This document shows, piece after piece, positions 24,291 to 34,802 of a stretch of 64,000 nucleotides of DNA. Position 1 is the stretch's first letter. Each line of letters starts with the position of its first letter. The translations under genes were made by a program, and so were the position numbers. The DNA comes from a bacterium (GTDB lineage: Bacteria; Actinomycetota; Acidimicrobiia; Acidimicrobiales; CATQHL01). The stretch lies in NCBI GenBank assembly GCA_026708055.1, contig JAPOVS010000021.1, positions 10,451 through 74,450 on the forward strand, given 5' to 3'. The notes under the pieces were generated by a model. It saw only the letters and a program-made list of their open reading frames with translations. It was not told the origin of the DNA and ran no database searches.

Positions 24291-25253
24291 TCAGCGGTCG
24301 TCGTCAGCTTCCGCGAGGTACTCCTGGCCCTCGGCGCAGTCGTCGCGGAGGGCGCACCAGCGGCAGGGCGGTCCGGGTCGCTTGAGCGGTTCGGCCGGCG
24401 GGCCGAGGTGGCCGTGCAACTCGGCGTAGCGTCGGATGCCGTCGACGGTGCGGCGCAGGGCCACATCCAGGAGGTTCTCGTCGACCTCCTCGATGTCGAT
24501 CTGGGCGGACTCGAGGTAGTAGGTGGCCAGGGTGCGCGGCGGGGTGCCCAGCTTGAGGGTCTCCAGCAGGGCGTAGAAGCGCAGATCCTCGCGGTGCGTG
24601 TGGGTGTGGCGGCGCCCGGCCTTGAGGTCGACGATGACCTTGCCGGCGCGCCGGCCGTCGGGGGTGCCGAGGGTGAGGTCGTACTTGCCGTTGAGCTGGA
24701 TGCGGCCGTCGCAGAGCTCAACCCGGCAGCGAGACTCGGTGGTGGGCCGCCACTGGGGCAGCAGCGGTGGCCAGCCTTCCCAGAAGGCCGCCACGCGGCT
24801 GACGGCGAGGCTGCGCAGGTCGGCCCGCTCGACCTCGGCGCAGCGGTGCAGCCAGTCCGCCAGACCGCTGTCGCCCCTGGTGAGCGAGTCGAGGGCGGCG
24901 TCGACGAGGTCGGTGGGCGCGGCGGGCGCGTGCCAGTTGAGGCCCAACTCGATGGCCTTGTGGGCGACCGCGCCGGTGGCCATCGGCGGGTTCCAGGCGA
25001 ACAGTTGCTCCTCGTCGTGGCGGAACGAGGCCTCGCAGCCGAACACACCTGCCAGCTCTCGCTTGCCGACGAACAGGGGCGCAACGGGGTCGACCGCCTC
25101 GGCCACGTCGACCAGACCGCTCTCGAGTTCCGCCCGGAGGCGGGTGGCCAGGTCGGCCTCGAAGCTGGGACGTTCGGCAGCCGGCCGCCGCAGCCGGTCG
25201 AGGACCTGCCGCTGGGCGGCGTTCAGTTCGGGCGCCGGCGCGTCGTCGCTCAC
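24291..25253 (-). CDS. PD-(D/E)XK nuclease family protein (Cas4/RecB-like, C-terminal Cys pair)
   Basis: GKYDLT..VIVDLKAG core and C-terminal CRWCALRDDC. Confidence 0.65.
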   Translation of the reverse strand: MSDDAPAPELNAAQRQVLDRLRRPAAERPSFEADLATRLRAELESGLVDVAEAVDPVAPLFVGKRELAGVFGCEASFRHDEEQLFAWNPPMATGAVAHKAIELGLNWHAPAAPTDLVDAALDSLTRGDSGLADWLHRCAEVERADLRSLAVSRVAAFWEGWPPLLPQWRPTTESRCRVELCDGRIQLNGKYDLTLGTPDGRRAGKVIVDLKAGRRHTHTHREDLRFYALLETLKLGTPPRTLATYYLESAQIDIEEVDENLLDVALRRTVDGIRRYAELHGHLGPPAEPLKRPGPPCRWCALRDDCAEGQEYLAEADDDR

Positions 25254-25300
25254 ACCCCGAGTCTTGCGCGCCCCTGTGACAGCCGCTGCCGGCTGCCCGG

Positions 25301-26122
25301 TCAGACCGCAGGCGCCCCGGCCACGACCTCGCCGTTCAGCCAGGCCCAGAACCCGCTGGGCTGGTCGGCCCAGCGGGTGAAGGCGGCGGAGATCGCCTCA
25401 AGGTCGCCCCGGGTGGCGAACCCGCCGGCGGTGGCGTGGCGGGCGAAGTCGCTCTCGGTGGCCCGCACCGCCCACATGCCGCCCCAGGCGGCCCGGCCCT
25501 CGGCGTCGGCGAAGGTGGTGGTGCTGGTGGTGACCGCCGGCTCCACGAAACCCGCGGCGCGCACCCACCCCGGCAGGTACCGGCCGGCGTTGGCCTCGCC
25601 GCCGTTGGCGGCCGCAACCTCCTGGACGATGTCGCGCCAGCGTTCGATGGCCGGCTCGACGGGGGCGTGCACCATCGTGGCGTAGACGGAGTCGCGCACC
25701 GCCACGAGGCCGCCGGGCCGCAGCACCCGCCGGAACTCCCGGAGGGCGGCCACCGGGTCGGCCAGATGCTGCAGCACCTGATGGGCGTAGACCATGTCGA
25801 AGGCGTCGCCGTCGAAGGGCAACTCGTAGGCCGAACCCGCCTCGAAGCTCACGTTGGCGACGCCCTCGCGGGCCGCCAGAGCGCCGCACGCCTCGACCAT
25901 CTCGGGCGACATGTCCACGCCGACCACCCGGCCGGCTCGCCGGGCCAGGCCCAGCGTGATGGTGCCGGGCCCGCAACCCACGTCGAGCACCTCGGCGTCG
26001 GAGCGCAGATGGGGCAGCAGGAAGGCGGCGCTGTTCTCGGCGGTGCGCCAGGTGTACGAGCCCACGATCGCCGGGTGGTAGCCGTGCGTGTAGCACTCAC
26101 CGGCGTAGCGGTCACCTGCCAT
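25301..26122 (-). CDS. class I SAM-dependent methyltransferase
   Basis: VLDVGCGPGTIT, VVGVDMSPEM, FDMVYAHQVLQH. ATG 26122. Confidence 0.85.
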   Translation of the reverse strand: MAGDRYAGECYTHGYHPAIVGSYTWRTAENSAAFLLPHLRSDAEVLDVGCGPGTITLGLARRAGRVVGVDMSPEMVEACGALAAREGVANVSFEAGSAYELPFDGDAFDMVYAHQVLQHLADPVAALREFRRVLRPGGLVAVRDSVYATMVHAPVEPAIERWRDIVQEVAAANGGEANAGRYLPGWVRAAGFVEPAVTTSTTTFADAEGRAAWGGMWAVRATESDFARHATAGGFATRGDLEAISAAFTRWADQPSGFWAWLNGEVVAGAPAV

Positions 26123-29100
26123 GGGCCCGAGGCTAGGGGCATCCCGCCCGGCGGCCTGTCTTGATCCCAGCACCCGGCGGCGTGGCAGTAGGGTCGAAAT
26201 CCTGAGCGCCGAGTCGACCACCCCCATCCGCAAGCTGCTCGTCGCCAACCGCGGCGAGATAGCCATCCGCGCCTTCCGGGCCGCCACCGAGTTGGACATC
26301 GCCACGGTAGCGGTGCACACCCGGGCCGACATCGGCAGCCTGCACCGCTCCAAGGCCGACGAGGCCTACGAGATCGGGCCGGAGGAGCACCCGCTGCGGC
26401 CCTACCTGGACATCGACACGATCGTCAGGGCGGCCCTGGCGTGCGGCGCCGACGCCGTGCACCCCGGCTACGGGTTCCTGTCCGAGAGCGCCGCGCTGGC
26501 GCGGGCCTGCGGGGAGGCCTCGCTGACCTACGTCGGCCCGACGCCCGACGTGCTGGAGCTGGCCGCCTCGAAGGTGGCGGCGCGGGGCGCCGCCGAGGCC
26601 GCCGGCGTGCCCGTGCTGGCGCAGTCGCCGGCGATGTCGGCGATCGACGATGCCGTCCGCTGGGGTGCGGGGATCGGTTTCCCGCTGTTCGTGAAGGCGG
26701 TCTCCGGTGGCGGCGGGCGGGGCATGCGCCGCGTCGAGCACCCCGAGGACCTCCCCGGCGCCGTGGAGGCCGCCCAGCGCGAGGCGGAATCGGCGTTCGG
26801 CGACGACGCCGTGTTCCTGGAGGAGGCGCTGTCGAACGTCCGCCACATCGAGGTTCAGGTGCTCGGCGACCGCACCGGCGAGGCGATCCACCTCTACGAG
26901 CGGGACTGCTCGGTGCAGCGGCGCTTCCAGAAGGTGATCGAATCGGCGCCGGCCAGGAACCTCGACGAGGCGGTCCGCCGGCAGATGCTGGACGACGCCG
27001 TGGCCTTCGCCCGCTCCATCGGCTACACGAACGCCGGCACCGTGGAGTTCCTGCTGGGGCACTCGGGCCGCTACGTCTTCATCGAGATGAACCCCCGCAT
27101 CCAGGTGGAGCACACCATCACCGAGGAGATCACCGGGGTGGACATCGTGACCGCCCAACTGCGCCTCGCCGGTGGCGCCACGCTGGAGGAACTCGGCCTG
27201 CGCCAGGAGCGCATCCGTGTCGACGGCTACGCCATCCAGACCCGGGTGACCGCCGAGGACCCCCGCAACGACTTCCGCCCCGACACCGGGCGGGTGCGGG
27301 TGTACCGCACGCCGGGCGGGGCGGGGGTGCGGGTCGACGACGCCGTCTACGTGGGCGCCGAGGTCACGCCGTACTTCGACTCGCTGCTGGCGAAGGTGAC
27401 CTGCCGCGGGCCGGACTTCGACACCGCCCGCCGCCGGGCCCTGCGGGCGATCGCCGAGCTGCGCGTGCGGGGCCTGGTCACCAACCGCTCCTTCATCCGG
27501 GCGGTGCTCAACGACCCGGACTTCTGCGCCGGCGCCGTGTCCACCGACTTCGTCGACACCCGGCCCGACCTGACCGCGGTGGCGCTCAGCGCCAACCGGG
27601 CCACCCGGCTGCTGACCTACCTGGCCGACGTGTCGCTGAACCGGCCCCACGGTCCGGTGCCGGCCGTCGCCGATCCCGCCACCAAGCTGCCACCCGTACC
27701 CCCCGGCCGGCCGCCGGCCGGCACCCGCCAGCGCCTCGCCGAACTGGGTCCCGAGGGATTCGCCCGCTGGATGCGGGACGCCTCCGAGGTGCTGGTCACC
27801 GACACGACGCTGCGCGACGCCCACCAGTCGATCCTGGCGACCCGGGTGCGCACCATCGACCTCGTGGCGGGGGCGCGCCGGCACGCCCACGGGTTGCCGC
27901 AGCTGCTGAGCCTGGAGTGCTGGGGCGGGGCCACCTTCGACGTGGCGCTGCGGTTCCTGCACGAGGACCCGTGGGAGCGCCTGGAGCGCATCAGCGCGGC
28001 GGCCCCCAACGTGTGCCTGCAGATGCTGCTGCGGGGCCGCAACACCGTCGGCTACTCCCCGTACCCCGACGTGGTCTGCGAGCGCTTCGTGGCCGAGGCC
28101 CGGCGCGGCGGCGTCGACATCTTCCGGATCTTCGACGCCCTCAACGACGTTGGCCAGATGCTGCCGGCCATCCGGGCCACCCGGGAGGCTGGCGGCCTCG
28201 TGGAGGGCACGCTGTGCTACTCCGGCGACCTGGCGAACCCCGACGAGCGGCTCTACACCCTGGACTACTACCTGCGCCTGGCCGAGGAGCTGGTGGCGGC
28301 CGGCTCGCACGTGCTGGCCATCAAGGACATGGCGGGGCTGCTGCGGGCGCCGGCGGCCACACGGCTCGTGGGCGCCCTGCGGGAGCGCTTCGACGTCCCG
28401 GTGCACCTGCACACCCACGACACCGCCGGAGGCCAGATCGGCACCTACCTGGCGGCCATCGAGGCCGGCGTGGACGCCATCGACGGCGCCATCCCGTCGC
28501 TGGCGGGCATGACCAGCCAGCCCTCGCTGGGCGCCATCGTGGCGCTCACCGACGGCGGGCCGCGGGAGACCGGCCTGCCGGCTGCGGCGATCAGCCGCCT
28601 GGAGCCGTACTGGGAGCTGGTGCGCCGCCTCAACGCCCCGTTCGAGGCGGGCCTGCTGTCGCCCACCAACGCCGTGTACCACCACGAGATCCCCGGCGGG
28701 CAGCTCTCCAACTTGCGCTTCCAGGCCTCGGCGCTGGGTCTGGCCGACCGTTTCGAGGAGGTTGCCGAGCTGTACGCGGTCTGCAGCCGGATCCTGGGAC
28801 GGCCCCCCAAGGTGACGCCCAGTTCCAAGGTCGTGGGCGACCTGGCGCTGCACCTGGTGTCCACCGGCACGACGCCCCGCCGGCTGGAGGAGCACCCCGA
28901 GGAGGTGGACCTGCCGGCCTCGGTCGTGGGGTTCCTGCAGGGCGCCCTGGGCGTGCCGCCGGGGGGCTTCCCCGAGCCGTTCCGCAGCGCCGCGCTCCAG
29001 GGGCGGCCCGAGGCGCCGCCGGCGCCCGCGCTCACGCCGGCGCAGGAGCAGCAACTGAAGTCGCCCGACGCCCGCGGCACGCTGTCGGCGCTGCTGTTCC

Positions 29101-29648
29101 CCGAGCCGGCCCGCTCGCAGGCGGCGATGCGCGACCGCCACGGCGACCTGTCGGTGCTCGGCACCAAGGAGTTCTGGTACGGCCTGGAGGAGGGCCCCGA
29201 CGACGTGCTGGTGGAGTTGGGGCCGGGTCAGCGGATCAGCGTCGGCATCGAGGCGCTCGGTGCGGTGGACGAGGCGGGCTTCAGTTCGGTCGTCTTCCGC
29301 CTGAACGGCGAGTTGCGCCCGATCAGCGCCCGGCTGCGGGACTCGGCCCTGCCGACCACCGGGGCCGAGCAGGCCGACCCGTCCGAGGCGGGGCACGTGG
29401 GGGCGCCGTTCCGCGGGGTCGCCGAGCTGTTCGTGGCCGCCGGTGAGTCGGTCACCAAGGGCCAGGCGCTGGCCACGATCGAGGCCATGAAGATGGAGAC
29501 GCGGGTGACGGCGCCGCTGGGGGGCACGGTGGGGCGGATCTGCATCGAGGGCTCGGCGGCGGTGGAGGCCGGCGACCTGCTGCTGGAGATCGTGCCCGGC
29601 GTCCCCGCGCCCGAGGGCACCGACGAGGAGGAGTCCCTGGCGGACTAG
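26121..29648 (+). CDS. pyc: pyruvate carboxylase
   Basis: KLLVANRGEIAIR biotin-carboxylase N-terminus, carboxyltransferase TIM region, C-terminal biotinyl motif EAMKME. The true start is uncertain, since ATG 26121 overlaps the divergent gene start. Confidence 0.9.
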   Translation: MGPRLGASRPAACLDPSTRRRGSRVEILSAESTTPIRKLLVANRGEIAIRAFRAATELDIATVAVHTRADIGSLHRSKADEAYEIGPEEHPLRPYLDIDTIVRAALACGADAVHPGYGFLSESAALARACGEASLTYVGPTPDVLELAASKVAARGAAEAAGVPVLAQSPAMSAIDDAVRWGAGIGFPLFVKAVSGGGGRGMRRVEHPEDLPGAVEAAQREAESAFGDDAVFLEEALSNVRHIEVQVLGDRTGEAIHLYERDCSVQRRFQKVIESAPARNLDEAVRRQMLDDAVAFARSIGYTNAGTVEFLLGHSGRYVFIEMNPRIQVEHTITEEITGVDIVTAQLRLAGGATLEELGLRQERIRVDGYAIQTRVTAEDPRNDFRPDTGRVRVYRTPGGAGVRVDDAVYVGAEVTPYFDSLLAKVTCRGPDFDTARRRALRAIAELRVRGLVTNRSFIRAVLNDPDFCAGAVSTDFVDTRPDLTAVALSANRATRLLTYLADVSLNRPHGPVPAVADPATKLPPVPPGRPPAGTRQRLAELGPEGFARWMRDASEVLVTDTTLRDAHQSILATRVRTIDLVAGARRHAHGLPQLLSLECWGGATFDVALRFLHEDPWERLERISAAAPNVCLQMLLRGRNTVGYSPYPDVVCERFVAEARRGGVDIFRIFDALNDVGQMLPAIRATREAGGLVEGTLCYSGDLANPDERLYTLDYYLRLAEELVAAGSHVLAIKDMAGLLRAPAATRLVGALRERFDVPVHLHTHDTAGGQIGTYLAAIEAGVDAIDGAIPSLAGMTSQPSLGAIVALTDGGPRETGLPAAAISRLEPYWELVRRLNAPFEAGLLSPTNAVYHHEIPGGQLSNLRFQASALGLADRFEEVAELYAVCSRILGRPPKVTPSSKVVGDLALHLVSTGTTPRRLEEHPEEVDLPASVVGFLQGALGVPPGGFPEPFRSAALQGRPEAPPAPALTPAQEQQLKSPDARGTLSALLFPEPARSQAAMRDRHGDLSVLGTKEFWYGLEEGPDDVLVELGPGQRISVGIEALGAVDEAGFSSVVFRLNGELRPISARLRDSALPTTGAEQADPSEAGHVGAPFRGVAELFVAAGESVTKGQALATIEAMKMETRVTAPLGGTVGRICIEGSAAVEAGDLLLEIVPGVPAPEGTDEEESLAD

Positions 29649-31447
29649 GGGGCGCCCTCGTCGCCGGCGTGCTCGGCGACGACGGCCAGCAATTCGGGCC
29701 CCAGCCGGTTGAGGCGGGAGGCGCCGAGGTCGGTGATGATGCCCAACTCGGCGACCGTGGCCGGGCGGCTCTCGGCGATGGCGGCCAGGTCGGTGTCGCT
29801 GAGCACCGCCGGTGGTGCGACGCGCGCCACCCGGGCCACCTGCTCTCGCCACGCTGACAGTGCGGCGATGAGGGGCTCGGCGGGTGAGCCCATGTCGGGG
29901 GGAGGCCGACCGGCCGGCCGTGACCCCTGCCAACGTGAAGTTCCGGGCGGGTCAGGCTCGCCCGCCTCGGCGAGCGCGGCCAGCCAGCGGCACGGCCGCC
30001 GTTCGCCGGGTTGGCCCGGGGTGTCCCGCTGCTGCGCCCAGCTGAGGTGGACGTGGCGACGCGCCCGGGTGAGCGCCACGTACAGCAGGCGCCGCTCCTC
30101 GTCGAGTGATCGGCCGCGCCCGGCGCCGGCAATGGGGACGAGGCCCTCCTCGAGGCCGGGCACGTGCACCACCGGCCACTCCAAGCCCTTGGCGGCGTGC
30201 ATGGTGGAGACGCAGACCGCGTCGGGGTCGCCGGGTGTGGCGGCGGCGTCGGGATCCGAGACGTGCACCGGCACCCCGGCGGCCTCCAGCGCCCCGGCGA
30301 CGGCGGCGACCTGGCGGCGGGTCCGCACCAGCACCGCCTGGGCGGACCAGCGGTCGCCGGGCGCCCGGGCGCCGCGCACCGCCCCGGCCACGCCGGCGGC
30401 CTCGGCGGCCTCGTCGGGATAGGCCACAATCAGCGGGGCCGGCGTAGTGAACGGGTCGGGGGCGGCGGCCGGCCGGGCGGCGGCGCCGGAGGGCGTGCCC
30501 TCGTCTCGCAGCACGGCCGACAGGGCGACGATCGGCGGGGTGCAGCGATAGTTCTGCCGCAGGTCGACGACGGTGGCGCCGGCGAACAACTCGGCGAAGT
30601 CGTCCAGGATGCGCCGGTCGGCGCCGCTCCAGCCGAAGATGGCCTGATCGGGGTCGCCGACGGCGCACAGATCGGACCGGTCGCCGAGCCAGGCCCGCAG
30701 CAGCCGGAGCTGCGCGGGGTTGAGGTCCTGCAGCTCGTCGACGAAGAAGTGGCGGCGGCCCCAGCGCCAGGCCTCGGCGGTGGCGGCGTCGTTCTCGAGC
30801 CGCTCGGCGGCCAGCCGGAGCAGGTCGCCGAAGTCCACCAGGCCGAGCCTCCGCTTCTTTCGTTCGTAGGCGACCAGCAGCTCGGCGAGGCGCCCGGGCG
30901 CCAGCGGAGGCCGCCGACCAGCCTCGGCGGCGGCACCGGCGTAGTCGGCGGGCCGCACGCTCTGGGCGGCGCACCAGTCCAGTTCGGCCTGCGCCGCCTG
31001 GGGCGACTCGCCGCCGCGGAGCAGGTCGCCGAGCAGGCGCGAGGGGTCGGCCAGGATGTCCGGGACGGAGCGGCCGTCGTCTTCCGCGTGGCGGCGCAGC
31101 TGCCGGGCCGCCAGACCGTGGAACGTGCCGACCGCCACCCGGTCGCGAATCCCCAACTCCCCGAGGCGCCCCCGCAACTCGGCGGCGGCCCGCTGGGTGA
31201 AAGTGACCGCCACCGAGAAGCGCGCCTCGCAGTCGGCGGTGGCGATCCGGTAGGCGATGCGCCGTGTGAGGACCCTGGTCTTGCCGCTGCCGGGGCCCGC
31301 CCGGATGCACAGGGGCGCCGCCGGCGTGGTGACGGCGTGGCGCTGCGCCTCATCGAGGTCGGCCAGCAGGTGGGCGGCGTCGCCGTCGGGCCCGGCAGGA
31401 TCCCGGTCGTCGGGGTCCGGGAGGCCCGGCGCGGCGCCGCTACTCAC
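29645..31447 (-). CDS. UvrD/Rep-family DNA helicase with HRDC-like C-terminus
   Basis: AGPGSGKTRVLT, FVDELQDLN, NYRCTPPI, MHAAKGLEWPVV, LYVALTRA. GTG 31447 chosen to avoid the REP-containing upstream stretch. Confidence 0.85.
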   Translation of the reverse strand: MSSGAAPGLPDPDDRDPAGPDGDAAHLLADLDEAQRHAVTTPAAPLCIRAGPGSGKTRVLTRRIAYRIATADCEARFSVAVTFTQRAAAELRGRLGELGIRDRVAVGTFHGLAARQLRRHAEDDGRSVPDILADPSRLLGDLLRGGESPQAAQAELDWCAAQSVRPADYAGAAAEAGRRPPLAPGRLAELLVAYERKKRRLGLVDFGDLLRLAAERLENDAATAEAWRWGRRHFFVDELQDLNPAQLRLLRAWLGDRSDLCAVGDPDQAIFGWSGADRRILDDFAELFAGATVVDLRQNYRCTPPIVALSAVLRDEGTPSGAAARPAAAPDPFTTPAPLIVAYPDEAAEAAGVAGAVRGARAPGDRWSAQAVLVRTRRQVAAVAGALEAAGVPVHVSDPDAAATPGDPDAVCVSTMHAAKGLEWPVVHVPGLEEGLVPIAGAGRGRSLDEERRLLYVALTRARRHVHLSWAQQRDTPGQPGERRPCRWLAALAEAGEPDPPGTSRWQGSRPAGRPPPDMGSPAEPLIAALSAWREQVARVARVAPPAVLSDTDLAAIAESRPATVAELGIITDLGASRLNRLGPELLAVVAEHAGDEGAP

Positions 31448-31512
31448 GATTCCGGAGGCTACCGAAGCGCTGAGACAGCGTCCGCTCGTGCAGGCCGGCG
31501 GCTTCGCGGCCT

Positions 31513-31539
31513 CTGGATCCCGGCCCTCGCCGGGATCAC
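31513..31539 (-). repeat. REP-like palindrome CTGGATCCCGGCCCTCGCCGGGATCAC
   Basis: Same family as 31586-31612 and 36723-36748. Intergenic. Confidence 0.75.
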
Positions 31540-31585
31540 GGCTCGTGTGCAGGTCCAACCGGCGCACCGGCGCGGGAATCACGAA

Positions 31586-31612
31586 CTGGATCCCGGCTTT
31601 CGCCGGGATGAC
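31586..31612 (-). repeat. REP-like palindrome CTGGATCCCGGCTTTCGCCGGGATGAC
   Basis: Translates as IPAFAGMT in track ORFs. Stem CCCGGC/GCCGGG. Confidence 0.8.
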
Positions 31613-31714
31613 GGCTGGTGGGCGCGGTGCCGAGGGATCGTTGGGGAGCGGATTGGCGCACGGTTAGCGTCGCGCCGCGATGGCTCGGTGGGGAGTGCGG
31701 CAGGTGGGAGCGGC

Positions 31715-32911
31715 GTGAGCGATCGCTACGACGTGGTTGTGGTCGGCGCGGGGATCGTCGGGCTGGCCACGGCGCGGGCGCTGGCGGCGCGGCTGCCCGG
31801 TGCGGCCCTGGCGATCATCGAGAAGGAGGCCGAGCCGGCCACCCACCAGACCGGCCACAACAGCGGCGTGCTGCACACGGGCATCTACTACACGCCCGGC
31901 TCGCTGCGGGCGACGCTGTGCGTGCGGGGCCACCGCGCCATGGCGGAGTTCTGCCGGAACGAGGGACTGCCGCTCCGCGACGGCGGCAAGGTGATCGTCG
32001 CCGCCACCGAGGCGCAGCTGCCGCGCCTGCAGGAACTGCACCGGCGCGGCAGCCTCAACGGCGTGCGCGGCCTGCGGCGCCTCGACGGCGACGAGTTGCG
32101 CGAGCGGGAGCCGCACGCCCGGGGTCTCGCTGCGCTGGAGGTCCCCGAGGCTGCGTCGGTGGACTTCGCCGCCGTGGCCCGGCGCATCGCAGCAGGGCTG
32201 CCCGCGGATGTGCGCACCGGCGCACCCCTGGAGGCCGTCGAGGTCGGCGAAGCTGTCACCCTGCATGCGGGCGGCTCGACGTGCCGGGCCCGCCTGGTGG
32301 TCAACTGCGCCGGCCTGCACAGCGACCGGGTTGCCCGCCTGGCCGGCGTCACCCCGGCGGTGCGGATCGTCCCCTTCCGCGGCGAGTACTACCGGCTCCG
32401 CCACGAGGCCGCCTCACTGGTGCGCTCGCTCATCTACCCGGTCCCCGACCCGACCTTCCCGTTCCTGGGCGTGCACTTCACCCGCCGCGTCGACGGCACG
32501 GTGGAGGTGGGTCCCAACGCCGTCCTGGCGCTGGGGCGCGAGCACTACCGGGGCGGCCGCCCCAACGCCCGCGACGTCGCCGAGCTGCTGCGCTTCGGCG
32601 GCTTCTGGTGCCTCCTCGGCCGCCACTGGCGGGCCGGGAGCGCCGAGATCTGGCGGTCGCGGATCCGGCGGGTGTACGCCCGCTCGGCCCGGGCGCTGGT
32701 GCCGGAGCTCCGCGGCTCAGACCTCCTGCCCGGCGGCGCAGGCGTACGGGCCCAGGCGGTCGGCCGCGACGGCCGGTTGCTGGACGACTTCTGCATCCAG
32801 GAATCACCGGGGTTCATCCACGTCCTGAACGCGCCCTCCCCGGCGGCGACGGCCTCCCTGGCCATCGGCGACCACATCGCCGACCTGGTGGTCCGACGCC
32901 TGGACTCCTAG
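31715..32911 (+). CDS. lhgO: L-2-hydroxyglutarate oxidase (FAD-dependent)
   Basis: YDVVVVGAGIVGLATA, HQTGHNSGVLHTGIYY, NAPSPAATASL. GTG 31715 lies after GGTGGGAG. Confidence 0.8.
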   Translation: MSDRYDVVVVGAGIVGLATARALAARLPGAALAIIEKEAEPATHQTGHNSGVLHTGIYYTPGSLRATLCVRGHRAMAEFCRNEGLPLRDGGKVIVAATEAQLPRLQELHRRGSLNGVRGLRRLDGDELREREPHARGLAALEVPEAASVDFAAVARRIAAGLPADVRTGAPLEAVEVGEAVTLHAGGSTCRARLVVNCAGLHSDRVARLAGVTPAVRIVPFRGEYYRLRHEAASLVRSLIYPVPDPTFPFLGVHFTRRVDGTVEVGPNAVLALGREHYRGGRPNARDVAELLRFGGFWCLLGRHWRAGSAEIWRSRIRRVYARSARALVPELRGSDLLPGGAGVRAQAVGRDGRLLDDFCIQESPGFIHVLNAPSPAATASLAIGDHIADLVVRRLDS

Positions 32912-33073
32912 GGGCCGCCGCGCAGGTGGACGGCGACCCGGCCGATGTCGGCGTCGCCGAGTCCGGCCCGCCCGCTGCGTGTACTCCAGGCCGGAGGTGC
33001 CCATGTCCACGACGACGTCGCCGGATCCTGCCGATGGTGGGGTGGCGTCGGTCATGGGAGCCTCCATGGCCGT

Positions 33074-34327
33074 CTAGTAGGCGTTGGCCACCATCAGTTC
33101 CTCGCACGGGAACAGGGTGATGACCTGCGGCCCCTCCGCGGTGACGACGACCTCCTCCTCGATGCGGGCCGCCGAGCGCCCGTCGGTGGCGGGGGCGTAG
33201 GTCTCGAGGGCGAACACCATGCCCTCGACGATCTCGATGGGCTCGGTCAGGGAGTTCAGCCGGCTGATGATCGGCCGCTCGTGCAGCCCCACGCCCACCC
33301 CGTGGCCGAACTGCAGCCCGAAGGCCTCCATCTCGTTCTCGAAGCCGTACTCGTGCGCCTCGGGCCACACCCTGGCGATCTCGTCGGTCGTGACTCCGGG
33401 GCGCACCAGATCGATGGCGGCATCCATCCACTCACGGGCCTGCTTGAAGGCGTCCCGCTGGGGCTGGGTCGCCCGGCCGACGGCGAAGGTGCGGTAGTAG
33501 CAGGTGCGGTAGCCGTTGAACACGTTGATGATGTCGAAATAGGCCTGGTCGCCGGGGCGCAGCAGGCGGTCGGAGAACACGTGCGGGTGCGGGCTGCAGC
33601 GCTCGCCGGCGATGGAGTTGACGGCCTCCACGGTCTCGGCGCCCACGTCGAAGAGGTACGCCGTCGCCAGCGCCACGATCTGGCTCTCGCGGATGCCCGG
33701 CTTGAGCGCCTCGAAGATGTGCTGGTAGACGCCGTCGACCATGGCGCAGGCCTGGGTTAGCAGCATGACCTCGTCGGGGCTCTTGACCTCGCGGGCCAGC
33801 ATCATCGGCTGCTGGCCGTCGCGCACGTCGAACCCCTGGGCCTGAAGCTCCAGGAAGATCGAGGTCTCGGCCATGTCCACGCCGACGGGGGCGCCGGCCA
33901 GGCCCTGATCGGCCAGGACGTCGCGGATCTCGGCCATGGCGGCGGTGTGCAGGCCCGCGCTCGGGGCGATGGCCCCCTGCAGGCCCGTGTTGCCGCCCCG
34001 GGAGTTCTCCTCGTCGTACAGGTGGGGCAACTGCAGCCGGTGCGCCCGGGCCGCCGAGCCGAAGTCCCAGATCCACGGCCCGCCGTCGCGGGTCACCAGC
34101 GCGTAGCGCTCCCCCTTGTTGAAGGCCCAGTAGCCGATGTGGGTGCTGGTGGCGTAGCGGATGTTCGACGTCTCGAACAGCAACAGCGCGCCCAACTCGA
34201 AGGCCTCCAACTGCTCGCGGACACGCTGCAGCCGCCAGGAGCGGAGACGATCGAAGTCCACCCGCTGCTCCCAGTCCACGTTCATGAAGCCGGGTGCGGG
34301 GCTCGTGGCGACCGGGAACTCGTCCAT
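33074..34327 (-). CDS. M24 family metallopeptidase (creatinase/prolidase fold)
   Basis: Pita-bread metal-ligand pattern ..DIINVFNGY..GHGVGVGLHE..LETY..IEEEV. ATG 34327 lies after AAGGAG. Confidence 0.8.
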   Translation of the reverse strand: MDEFPVATSPAPGFMNVDWEQRVDFDRLRSWRLQRVREQLEAFELGALLLFETSNIRYATSTHIGYWAFNKGERYALVTRDGGPWIWDFGSAARAHRLQLPHLYDEENSRGGNTGLQGAIAPSAGLHTAAMAEIRDVLADQGLAGAPVGVDMAETSIFLELQAQGFDVRDGQQPMMLAREVKSPDEVMLLTQACAMVDGVYQHIFEALKPGIRESQIVALATAYLFDVGAETVEAVNSIAGERCSPHPHVFSDRLLRPGDQAYFDIINVFNGYRTCYYRTFAVGRATQPQRDAFKQAREWMDAAIDLVRPGVTTDEIARVWPEAHEYGFENEMEAFGLQFGHGVGVGLHERPIISRLNSLTEPIEIVEGMVFALETYAPATDGRSAARIEEEVVVTAEGPQVITLFPCEELMVANAY

Positions 34328-34449
34328 GGAGGCTCCTTGGCGTTGCCGGTTTGGGGGCGAGGTCTCGCCCGACACGGCGGAGGCTACCCAACACGTCCCG
34401 AGCCGTCCGGCGGCGCCCCCGCCCGGATCTCCACGGTTAGCGTGGCGGT

Positions 34450-34791
34450 GTGGAGGTGCCGCACGAGCGCTTCGAGGCCCTCGTGGCCGAGGCGCTGGAC
34501 CTGATCCCCGACGAACTGGCCGAGGCCATCGAGAACCTGTGGGTATCCGTGGAGGACTGCTCGCCGGATGATCCTGAGCTGCTGGGCCTCTACTACGGCA
34601 TCGCGCTGACCGACCGGGAGCACTACAGCGGCGTCATGCCCGACCGCATCTACATCTACCGCAAGCCGATCTGTGCCCTCTGCGAAGACGAGGAGGAAAT
34701 CCGCGAGCAGGTAAAGGTGACGGTCATCCACGAGGTGGCCCACCACTTCGGCATCGACGACGAGCGGCTCGAAGAGCTCGGCTGGGACTGA
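34450..34791 (+). CDS. small zinc metallopeptidase-like protein (zincin, HExxH)
   Basis: VIHEVAHHFG motif, 113 aa. Confidence 0.7.
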   Translation: MEVPHERFEALVAEALDLIPDELAEAIENLWVSVEDCSPDDPELLGLYYGIALTDREHYSGVMPDRIYIYRKPICALCEDEEEIREQVKVTVIHEVAHHFGIDDERLEELGWD

Positions 34792-34802
34792 CCGCCGGGC
34801 AC

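Noticed and set aside
29645-29648. Convergent pyc and helicase genes sharing the tetranucleotide CTAG as overlapping stop codons
   Set aside because: It is a curiosity of gene packing with no evident functional implication.
26133-29933. 1266-aa minus-strand ORF, the longest in the track
   Set aside because: It is antisense to pyruvate carboxylase. The sequence is an Arg/Gly/Pro/Ala-rich low-complexity string with no motifs, a typical high-GC shadow ORF.
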